From the sequence record KY271398.1: a DNA stretch of 33,540 nucleotides, one strand, 5' to 3'. Under the pieces are notes generated by a model, which did no database searches, was not told the DNA's origin, and worked only from the letters and a program-made list of their open reading frames with translations. The position numbers and the translations under genes are program-made. Position 1 is the stretch's first letter; each line of letters opens with the position of its first letter. This stretch comes from Klebsiella phage 4LV2017. This document shows positions 1 through 6,841 of this stretch, in pieces.

Positions 1-8
1 GCTAAACG

Positions 9-27
9 CAGGCAACAAAAAACCCAT
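9..27. repeat. attL: attL core: 19-bp exact direct repeat caggcaacaaaaaacccat, also present at 33422-33440
   Basis: An identical 19-mer occurs at both ends of the phage-gene block. The flanking bases differ on both sides, so the repeat is exactly 19 bp. Integrase lies just inside the left copy and ogr just inside the right copy, as in P2-family prophages. Confidence 0.75.
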
Positions 28-46
28 TTATGTAAACGGGTTAATG

Positions 47-83
47 AAAACAATAAGTTAGATTAAAAACAATAAGTTAGGTT
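47..83. repeat. Tandem direct repeat AAAACAATAAGTTAG x2 (47-61, 66-80) between core and int; candidate Int arm-type or IHF-region sites
   Basis: Seen directly: the 15-mer is repeated with 19-bp periodicity inside the P' arm, between the core and the int 3' end. Confidence 0.4.
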
Positions 84-101
84 GGCGGTCAGTGGTGGTT
101 A

Positions 102-1154
102 TTACGGGGTAATGCCAACCGCTGCCGCCACTTTGTCGCCACTTGGCAGCGTTGCCAGAGGATTGAAACGGAGCGCCGTTTCCAGATGATCCGGTGCCAG
201 ATGAGCGTAACGCATAGTCATTTTTATATCGTGATGTCCGAGGATTTTTTGCAAAGCAAGGATATTTCCACCCGACATCATGAAATGCGCAGCAAACGTA
301 TGGCGCAGAACGTGTGTCAGTTGACCGCGAGGGAGGACGATAGACGTTTTTTCCATCACGGATAAAAATTGAAAATAGCAGTCTGTGAAGAAATTGAACC
401 CATCAAGCGCCATGATCTCTTCGTAAAGCTCTTTACTGATAGGGATGCTTCTGTTTTTCTTCCCCTTCGTTCTTACAAAGGTAATTCGGTATTTGGTCAC
501 CTGTGAACGAGTAAGATTTACGGCTTCTCGCCAGCGTGCGCCTGTGCTTAAGCATATCTTAACTACCAGTGCCAGAATTGGGTCATGACGTTTGCAATCA
601 GCCAGTAATTCAACAATCTGCTCATGGGTAAGCCATGCCATCTCTTTTTCTGCGATGGTGAATTTTCGCATGTTCTCCAGTGGGTTCGGATACGACCATT
701 CGCCCAGGCGGGATAGTTCGCTAAAAACACTACTTAGATAGCTTTGCTCCAGGTTAATGGTGACCGGGCTTGCTCCTTTCTTCCATTTCTCGCTGAAGTA
801 GATCTCTCCTGTCAGGCGTTTATCTCGATAGTGGGCAAACATTTTAGAGGTGAGATCGGTTGCAAGGGGATTGCCCAGAGCGTCAACTATCAACAGCAAT
901 TTGTCATAGACATGCTGCCCAGCTGTCAGAGATTTACCATGTAGTTTGAACCATAGCTCAACCACGTCTTTCAGTGTTCGACGATCCACTGATTCACCCA
1001 GCCAGGGCTTTGCCTCGGTTTCTTCCATCGTGTGACGCTCAAAAGCCAGAGCTTCACCTTTGGTGGCGAATTGTTTACGCACACGACGTCCACTACGTCC
1101 CGCGGGGTAACATTCGCATAGCCATTTTCCTGTGGTGAGTTTTCGTACTGCCAT
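102..1154 (-). CDS. int: Tyrosine site-specific integrase, P2 Int family (350 aa)
   Basis: The N-terminus MAVRKLTTGKW...GRSGRRVRKQFATKGEALAFE parallels P2 Int. The C-terminal catalytic region has R...HxLRHTFA...Y (LRHTFAAHFMMSGGNILALQKILGHHDIKMTMRYAHL). It lies adjacent to the att core. Confidence 0.93.
   Translation of the reverse strand: MAVRKLTTGKWLCECYPAGRSGRRVRKQFATKGEALAFERHTMEETEAKPWLGESVDRRTLKDVVELWFKLHGKSLTAGQHVYDKLLLIVDALGNPLATDLTSKMFAHYRDKRLTGEIYFSEKWKKGASPVTINLEQSYLSSVFSELSRLGEWSYPNPLENMRKFTIAEKEMAWLTHEQIVELLADCKRHDPILALVVKICLSTGARWREAVNLTRSQVTKYRITFVRTKGKKNRSIPISKELYEEIMALDGFNFFTDCYFQFLSVMEKTSIVLPRGQLTHVLRHTFAAHFMMSGGNILALQKILGHHDIKMTMRYAHLAPDHLETALRFNPLATLPSGDKVAAAVGITP
120..141. 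repeat. 22-bp repeat cgctgccgccaYtttgtcgcca with a second copy at 33350-33371 (one mismatch); candidate arm-type site flanking attP
   Basis: Seen directly. The left copy lies within the last codons of int. The right copy starts immediately after the ogr stop. Both are in the same orientation, so they would flank the core at roughly 70-100 bp on either side in the circular phage. Confidence 0.4.
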
Positions 1155-1184
1155 AAAAAATGCCCTCCAGTGGAGAGCATTTTT
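1155..1184. terminator. Imperfect hairpin tgccctcc-agt-ggagagca flanked by an A-run and a T-run; bidirectional terminator-like element directly upstream of the int start
   Basis: Seen directly at 1155-1184. On the minus strand it is followed by T6 and then the int ATG. Confidence 0.45.
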
Positions 1185-1243
1185 ACTGTGTGTATAACCA
1201 GTGTCAATGTATATGAATTAAGATTCATACATTGAGGTTAATT

Positions 1244-1849
1244 TTATCTTTCTACTTCCCAGCGTAGAGATTGCATTAACATAGCATAAATATTGAACAG
1301 GAAAGTTTTTAAAGTTAATACAAGGAACACTGCACTGCTTCCTACGAGTATATATAGTATTTGAACTCCAACAACTTTAGTGCAATGAGAAAACATTAAG
1401 GCTCTGAGTAATTTTGTAGCCAATCCATTTTCTTGCCCGAAAAGAAGGACTAAAAGATAGATAACAGACCAAAATATGAAATATATAAATACTCTCATAA
1501 ATACGCCATAAACATATTTTAAGTAACTTATCCCGTATAATGGATGCTTATACTCCATTAATGAAAGGAAAAGTTCAGGTTTATTTATGGTTGCAAATAT
1601 TGTAAATCCAGTAATTAAAAAACCTAATGTTGTTGTAGTGAATCCGAATACTAGAGGTGTCCATTGTCTAATAGATGAAATTAACTCTGGTGATGAAGAT
1701 AGACAAAAAGCATTAATAGATAATAATATCACTAACAACAATGTGAAATAAAAGTCAAATGAATTGATTTTTATTTTTTTAGTTAATTTGTAAACATCAT
1801 GCAAAGATCGCTCTTTGGTCAGATCTTCTGGGTTGAATGTATATTTCAT
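1244..1849 (-). CDS. Hypothetical integral membrane protein, about 4 predicted TM helices (201 aa); accessory (moron) gene
   Basis: Four hydrophobic stretches of about 20 aa (FYFTLLLVILLSINAFCL, LVFGFTTTTLGFLITGFTIFATI, VFMRVFIYFIFWSVIYLLVLLFG, VVGVQILYILVGSSAVFLVLTL). Very AT-rich. Its start overlaps the stop of the upstream gene (TAG-t-ATG). Confidence 0.7.
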   Translation of the reverse strand: MKYTFNPEDLTKERSLHDVYKLTKKIKINSFDFYFTLLLVILLSINAFCLSSSPELISSIRQWTPLVFGFTTTTLGFLITGFTIFATINKPELFLSLMEYKHPLYGISYLKYVYGVFMRVFIYFIFWSVIYLLVLLFGQENGLATKLLRALMFSHCTKVVGVQILYILVGSSAVFLVLTLKTFLFNIYAMLMQSLRWEVER

Positions 1850-1850
1850 A

Positions 1851-2900
1851 CTATAGCCACCTAGAAATTATTGATGTTAACTTGGAAAAAATTTTAGTAT
1901 AATCTTCACGTTCTGGAATAATAATATTTCCTTCATCCTTTAATTCTGTGAATGCAGAATACGCCTCTTGAGCAGCTCTTTCCAAATCAGAACTAAGTTG
2001 TGGCCTTGATGCTTTTAGAGTAAAACTATCATTATTCCCTGATAGCCTTGCTCCGTGTTCATCTTTACCACTTATAATTACTTTAGAGTTGGCCATTCGG
2101 GTTGCACTTGTTGTTTTTTGAATGACGGCCTCAGAATTTAAACCATCTTCATTTTGATTTGTGTATACTAATTGAGCTTTACTACTATTAAGTTCTTCTT
2201 TTTCTTGTTCAATTTTCCTCCAGAAGCCATCAAGAGATATATTTTCACTATTTGTTGGCAATAACTCAATTGATAATTTATTAACAACAGAAAAGAGTTC
2301 AACAAAATTGCTCAATGATCTTGGGTCTGTTAAGGGGGTAACCCGTAATTTGGGGGTTCCTAGTTTACGATAAATATCTTTTTTATACAGTCGATCAATG
2401 TATGATTTTTTCTTTCTAATTCTTATATTTTTTTTTACTTCGTAATCCACAAAAGAATTATATCGCTGTGCAAGGCAATACTTGCTAGTATTTTCAAATT
2501 CTTCTAGGGTAGGGGCTCCAGAAACCTCTTTGCAAAGCATTAATCTGTGCTCATTAAGCATAAGAATAAAAATAGAGCTGGGGTGACTTTCTAGCGTCCT
2601 GTGATCTCGAATTAATTGACCATCTCGAAATATTTGATCTCGTTTAAATATGGTCTTTTTTATAATGCGGCCACACAATGCAATTGTTGGAACTATAGGA
2701 CCAATAAAATCTGAATCTGTAGTATCTAACGTAATAATTTTTGTGTCAGTAAAGAAATATTCTGTATCTTTAAATTTTCTAACGTATTTTTGTGCGAAAA
2801 ATGAAGGAAAAACAATGCAATCAAAGGCATCTAAGAGAACTTTGTCCTCTCCAAAATTTAAGGTATAGTTTGCAAATTCAATAGTTTTCGTAAAGCTCAT
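1851..2900 (-). CDS. Hypothetical protein (349 aa), no recognisable domain; accessory gene translationally coupled to the repressor and the membrane protein
   Basis: Long ORF in an AT-rich island. Its start lies 2 nt after the repressor stop and its stop lies 1 nt before the next start. The C-terminal half is charged and low-complexity. Confidence 0.7.
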   Translation of the reverse strand: MSFTKTIEFANYTLNFGEDKVLLDAFDCIVFPSFFAQKYVRKFKDTEYFFTDTKIITLDTTDSDFIGPIVPTIALCGRIIKKTIFKRDQIFRDGQLIRDHRTLESHPSSIFILMLNEHRLMLCKEVSGAPTLEEFENTSKYCLAQRYNSFVDYEVKKNIRIRKKKSYIDRLYKKDIYRKLGTPKLRVTPLTDPRSLSNFVELFSVVNKLSIELLPTNSENISLDGFWRKIEQEKEELNSSKAQLVYTNQNEDGLNSEAVIQKTTSATRMANSKVIISGKDEHGARLSGNNDSFTLKASRPQLSSDLERAAQEAYSAFTELKDEGNIIIPEREDYTKIFSKLTSIISRWL

Positions 2901-2902
2901 TG

Positions 2903-3844
2903 TTAAACCCTTTTTCTAATTATTCCTTTAACTTTATTATTAAATTCTAAATCTTTTTTATCGCATTCAAAGCTATATTTTGTGTTTTCAACGCGGATGC
3001 GATTGTTTGGAAGTTTAAATATGTCTCTAAAAGTAAATTCTCCGTTAATAGATACTAACCATAGACCATCGCTAAGATACTCCTCTTTGCTAATGATGTA
3101 TGAATCATTTGCGGAATTAACTATATAGGGATGTTTTAAATTTTTAGGTAAAATTTCGCTCGAAACGATTAATTCTCTTTGATCAGTAAGTTTGCCGTCA
3201 CGTAGATCATAGCAGTCTAATGTAAGCAACCCACTTAGCTTTGTTTGATTGGAATACCCCTTACCAAAAGATAACCACTCGAGAGACACTCCTGTTTCTA
3301 AACAGCATTGGATGATCCAGTCTGCCGGAAAAATGTCTCGCATGTATCGTGTAGCTAATGTGCTTTTTGAGATACCAAGGTGATCGGCTAAGGCTTGGCG
3401 CGTTTTGTAACCGTAAGCCTTAACAATTCGCTCTATTGCTGCTTTACCCCCTCGAGTGAACTCCATGTGGTTTTCATTATCGAACTTTATCGTGGGGGTG
3501 TGAACTTCATTGCAAAATTCATCTGCAGACTGTTTTTCAGCATGCCGTTCTGGCGAAGGAACTGGCACTCCTTCTTCAGCATCTAAACCAAATGCTAACC
3601 ATTCGATTGATGCGCCAGTTTCCATTGAACATATAACAACCCAATCAGCAGGGAAGGTATCGCGTGCATATCTGTTAGCCATTGTACTTTGTGAAATACC
3701 AAGGTGGTTACAGAATGCTTGGCGTGATTTGAAACCATAGGCCATGAGTATTCTCTCAATGACTTTTTGCCCTCCTCGATTCTGCATGACCATGGCTTTC
3801 AGATGATCTTCAATATGGCGAAATGTGATTTTATTAGTTGACAT
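2903..3844 (-). CDS. cI: Immunity repressor, phage 186 CI family, with two tandem N-terminal CI-type HTH domains plus a C-terminal domain (313 aa)
   Basis: There is an internal repeat: GGQKVIERILMAYGFKSRQAFCNHLGISQSTMANRYARDTFPADWVVICSMETGASIEWLAFG matches GGKAAIERIVKAYGYKTRQALADHLGISKSTLATRYMRDIFPADWIIQCCLETGVSLEWLSFG. Both match the 186 CI N-terminal motif (..AYGF...LA.HL.IS.S.L.NRY.R....D.....ETG..L.WL..G). The gene is divergent from the apl-like gene across an 88-bp control region. Confidence 0.8.
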   Translation of the reverse strand: MSTNKITFRHIEDHLKAMVMQNRGGQKVIERILMAYGFKSRQAFCNHLGISQSTMANRYARDTFPADWVVICSMETGASIEWLAFGLDAEEGVPVPSPERHAEKQSADEFCNEVHTPTIKFDNENHMEFTRGGKAAIERIVKAYGYKTRQALADHLGISKSTLATRYMRDIFPADWIIQCCLETGVSLEWLSFGKGYSNQTKLSGLLTLDCYDLRDGKLTDQRELIVSSEILPKNLKHPYIVNSANDSYIISKEEYLSDGLWLVSINGEFTFRDIFKLPNNRIRVENTKYSFECDKKDLEFNNKVKGIIRKRV

Positions 3845-3932
3845 ATTCTTTATGTGAACCTATTCTCCGTTTTGTGAAGTTTTCGTCACGATTAATACCG
3901 GCTCACCACAAGCCAATAGGAGATGTTGCATC
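3845..3932. promoter_or_regulatory. Divergent lysis/lysogeny switch region (pR/pL-equivalent promoters and operators) between cI and apl
   Basis: An 88-bp AT-rich intergenic region between divergently transcribed repressor and excisionase/Cox-like genes. Contains TTGTGA at 3870-3875. No operator could be defined with confidence. Confidence 0.5.
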
Positions 3933-4154
3933 ATGACCCCTAACATTTCAATAACTTTGAATACGCCGCACGTCACAATTGAGCGTTATAGCGAACTTAC
4001 TGGTCTTTCTATCGACACAATCAACGATATGCTGGCTGATGGTCGCATCCCTCGTCATCGCCTTCGGAAAGACAAGAAAAGAGAAAAGGTAATGATCAAC
4101 CTTGCTGCTCTTACCGTTGATGCACTTACTGATTGCAATGTTGTATTCAACTAG
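3933..4154 (+). CDS. apl: Apl/Cox-like small HTH regulator and excisionase (73 aa)
   Basis: It is the first gene of the early rightward operon. A small basic protein with a central HTH-like segment ([28 protein letters not shown]). RBS aggag at 3918-3922. Confidence 0.7.
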   Translation: MTPNISITLNTPHVTIERYSELTGLSIDTINDMLADGRIPRHRLRKDKKREKVMINLAALTVDALTDCNVVFN

Positions 4155-4186
4155 TTCCATTTTGGGATACATCAGGGGTGTCGACT

Positions 4187-4696
4187 ATGTTTGATTACCA
4201 AGTTTCCAAACATCCACATTTTGATGAAGCCTGTCGTGCATTCGCGCTGCGCCACAACCTGGTGCAACTGGCAGAACGTGCTGGCATGAATGTGCAGATT
4301 CTGCGGAACAAGCTGAACCCAGCTCAACCTCATTTATTAACCGCACCAGAAATCTGGCTGCTTACCGATCTGACTGAAGATTCAACGCTGGTAGATGGTT
4401 TTCTGGCACAGATTCATTGTCTGCCATGTGTACCGATTAATGAGGTAGCAAAAGAGAAACTGCCACATTACGTCATGAGTGCAACCGCAGAGATCGGGCG
4501 TGTTGCTGCAGGTGCGGTATCTGGCGATGTAAAAACCAGTGCAGGTCGTCGTGATGCTATCAGCAGCATTAACTCTGTAACACGACTGATGGCGCTGGCG
4601 GCTGTTTCATTGCAGGCCCGTTTACAGGCTAATCCTGCGATGGCGAGTGCAGTTGATACCGTGACTGGCCTCGGTGCTTCATTCGGTTTGCTGTGA
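4187..4696 (+). CDS. cII: CII-like phage regulatory protein (186 CII family, 169 aa from ATG 4187)
   Basis: [45 protein letters not shown]... is typical of P2/186-family CII/CP76 proteins. It lies directly after apl. RBS aggggtg. The upstream in-frame extension from 4133 is unlikely to be coding. Confidence 0.75.
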   Translation: MFDYQVSKHPHFDEACRAFALRHNLVQLAERAGMNVQILRNKLNPAQPHLLTAPEIWLLTDLTEDSTLVDGFLAQIHCLPCVPINEVAKEKLPHYVMSATAEIGRVAAGAVSGDVKTSAGRRDAISSINSVTRLMALAAVSLQARLQANPAMASAVDTVTGLGASFGLL

Positions 4697-4703
4697 GGTG
4701 CTT

Positions 4704-5000
4704 ATGCCGACGAAAGAACCATCATTTGCATCGCTGCTGGTAAAACAAAGCCCGGCAATGCACTACGGTCACGGCTGGATAACGGGTGAGGATGGAAAAC
4801 GCTGGCATCCATGTCATTCACAAGTTGAATTGCTATCTGAATTAACCACGAGGAAACGGAGAAAGTCCAAATGTATGCGGCAGAAAGTGAAGTGGTTTAT
4901 CAGTTTCGTTACAGAGGGGAGAGTTATTCAGTACCTGAAGATGATTTGTTCTGTTGCTATCCGTCATTGTCGGGCGATGGCAGTTACTTTTTCACGTTAA
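4704..5000 (+). CDS. Hypothetical early protein (up to 98 aa; true 3' end uncertain because of overlap with the next ORF)
   Basis: ORF with ATG 8 nt after the cII stop and a gaggtg RBS. Its last 130 nt overlap the 4871-5095 ORF in another frame. Confidence 0.35.
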   Translation: MPTKEPSFASLLVKQSPAMHYGHGWITGEDGKRWHPCHSQVELLSELTTRKRRKSKCMRQKVKWFISFVTEGRVIQYLKMICSVAIRHCRAMAVTFSR

Positions 5001-5095
5001 AGGATGGGACGTTTTTACGGGGAGAGCAGGTGAAAGAGACGATACGAAAAAATGTATCTCCTCTTGAGCGTTACCGTAAGAAAAAAGAACGATAG
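4871..5095 (+). CDS. Hypothetical early protein (74 aa)
   Basis: Good RBS (aggaaacggagaaa). The sequence looks protein-like (YQFRYRGESYSVPEDDLFCCYPSLSGDGSYFFTLKDGTFLRGEQ). Confidence 0.55.
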   Translation: MYAAESEVVYQFRYRGESYSVPEDDLFCCYPSLSGDGSYFFTLKDGTFLRGEQVKETIRKNVSPLERYRKKKER

Positions 5096-5117
5096 CAGCG
5101 TTTGGAGGATATGAAGT

Positions 5118-5459
5118 ATGGCAATTAATGGCGCTGCAGCAACTGTTCCATTAAGTCCTGGTGAACGCCTGAATGGACTTAATCACATTGCGGAGTTAAG
5201 GGCGAAAGTTTTTGGCCTGAATATTGAGTCAGAGCTTGAGCGGTTTATTAAAGATATGCGTGATCCACGGGGTATCAATAACGAACAAAATAAACGAGCA
5301 CTGGCTGCCATATTCTTTATGGCAAAAATTCCAGCTGAACGTCATAGCATCAGCATTAATGAGCTGACCACTGACGAAAAGCGGGAGTTGATTAAAGCAA
5401 TGAATCATTTTCGTGCAGTGGTGAGCTTATTTCCCAGACGGCTAACCATGCCGAATTAA
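5118..5459 (+). CDS. Hypothetical early protein (113 aa)
   Basis: RBS ggagga at 5104-5109. Clean ORF within the early operon. Confidence 0.6.
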   Translation: MAINGAAATVPLSPGERLNGLNHIAELRAKVFGLNIESELERFIKDMRDPRGINNEQNKRALAAIFFMAKIPAERHSISINELTTDEKRELIKAMNHFRAVVSLFPRRLTMPN

Positions 5460-5526
5460 CCGACTAATGAAATTAATGGCGTAAACCCGCCGGGCATCCC
5501 TTTATCTAAATTCAGGAGAATTGCTT

Positions 5527-5760
5527 ATGCGTAATATTGGAACCCTCACGACCAAAACCGGACCGGATGATGCAGGTCTTAATCTTTTACTGACAGAGGC
5601 TCGTCTGGAAGAACGCCGGGCAAGGGCTGAAGCAATGGCTGCTCGCCTTGATAGCCTGGCGTGTCATATCACATCTCGCCAGCTAAACCACGTCGAAGCG
5701 GCAGAACTGCTGCGTGTGACTGCTGAAGCAATCAAGAGCGAAGCGCAGGAGATCCACTGA
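5527..5760 (+). CDS. Hypothetical early protein (77 aa from ATG 5527)
   Basis: RBS aggag at 5513-5517. The sequence is helical and Ala/Glu/Arg-rich. Confidence 0.55.
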   Translation: MRNIGTLTTKTGPDDAGLNLLLTEARLEERRARAEAMAARLDSLACHITSRQLNHVEAAELLRVTAEAIKSEAQEIH

Positions 5761-5987
5761 TGGCTGATGCAATGGATCTCGTACAGCAGCGCGTTGAAGA
5801 AGAACGCCAACGCCATATCCGTGCTGCCCGTGCCAAAACGCCGGGCGTGTCCCGCGTGCTTTGCGTTGAGTGTGAAGCGCCAATTCCGCCAGCACGCCGC
5901 CGTGCCATTCCGGGTGTGCAGCTTTGCATTACCTGTCAGGAAATCGCAGAGCTGAAAGGCAAACATTACAACGGAGGTGCTGTATGA
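5760..5987 (+). CDS. TraR/DksA-family C4 zinc-finger protein (75 aa)
   Basis: Cys pairs CVECEAPIP...RRRAIPGVQLCITCQ are typical of phage TraR/DksA zinc fingers (the P2 orf82 position). Confidence 0.75.
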   Translation: MADAMDLVQQRVEEERQRHIRAARAKTPGVSRVLCVECEAPIPPARRRAIPGVQLCITCQEIAELKGKHYNGGAV

Positions 5988-6841
5988 GCACCATCCTGAA
6001 ATGGGCGGGTAATAAAACCGCCATTATGTCCGAACTGAAAAAACACCTTCCTGCTGGCCCGCGACTGGTTGAACCTTTCGCGGGTTCCTGTGCTGTGATG
6101 ATGGAGACGGATTACCCCAGCTATCTGGTTGCGGATATTAATCCTGATTTAATCAACCTCTATAAAAAGGTTGCCGCTGATTGTGAATCGTTTATATCTC
6201 TCGCCAGAGTTTTATTTAAGGAAGCAAACAGGGAGGTGGCTTATTACAACATAAGGCAGGAGTTTAATTACTCCACTGAAATTACTGATTTCATGAAAGC
6301 GGTATATTTCCTGTATCTCAATCGTCACTGTTACCGTGGTTTATGTCGCTATAACAAGAGCGGGCATTTCAACATTCCCTACGGTAATTATAAAAATCCG
6401 TATTTCCCTGAAAAAGAACTTCGCACATTTGCAGAAAAAGCCCAGCGAGCAACGTTTGTCTGCGCCAGCTTTGATGAAACGCTGGCGATGTTGAAGGCGG
6501 GGGATGTGGTGTATTGCGATCCGCCGTATGAAGGTACGTTTTCCGGCTATCACACTGATGGTTTCACTGAAGATGACCAGTATCACCTGGCATCCGTTCT
6601 TGAACATCGGTCATCAGAAGGACATCCGGTCATTGTTTCTAACAGTGACACATCCCTGATCCGTTCGCTGTATCGCAATTTTACTCACCACTACATCAAG
6701 GCAAAACGCAGCATCGGCGTAGCAGCTGGTGAGAGTAAATCTGCAACAGAAATCATCGCTGTTTCCGGGCCGCGCTGCTGGGTGGGATTTGATTATTCGC
6801 GTGGTGTGGATAGTTCTGCCGTGTACGGAGTACGTGCATGA
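5984..6841 (+). CDS. dam: DNA N6-adenine methyltransferase, Dam family (285 aa from ATG 5984)
   Basis: The N-terminus [20 protein letters not shown]...[10 protein letters not shown] carries the SAM motif. The catalytic DPPY motif is present ([16 protein letters not shown]). RBS ggaggtg. Confidence 0.9.
   Translation: MSTILKWAGNKTAIMSELKKHLPAGPRLVEPFAGSCAVMMETDYPSYLVADINPDLINLYKKVAADCESFISLARVLFKEANREVAYYNIRQEFNYSTEITDFMKAVYFLYLNRHCYRGLCRYNKSGHFNIPYGNYKNPYFPEKELRTFAEKAQRATFVCASFDETLAMLKAGDVVYCDPPYEGTFSGYHTDGFTEDDQYHLASVLEHRSSEGHPVIVSNSDTSLIRSLYRNFTHHYIKAKRSIGVAAGESKSATEIIAVSGPRCWVGFDYSRGVDSSAVYGVRA

Noticed and set aside
4133-4186. Upstream extension of the cII-like ORF ([18 protein letters not shown])
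   Set aside because: It overlaps the end of apl. A good RBS plus ATG at 4187 matches the expected CII N-terminus.
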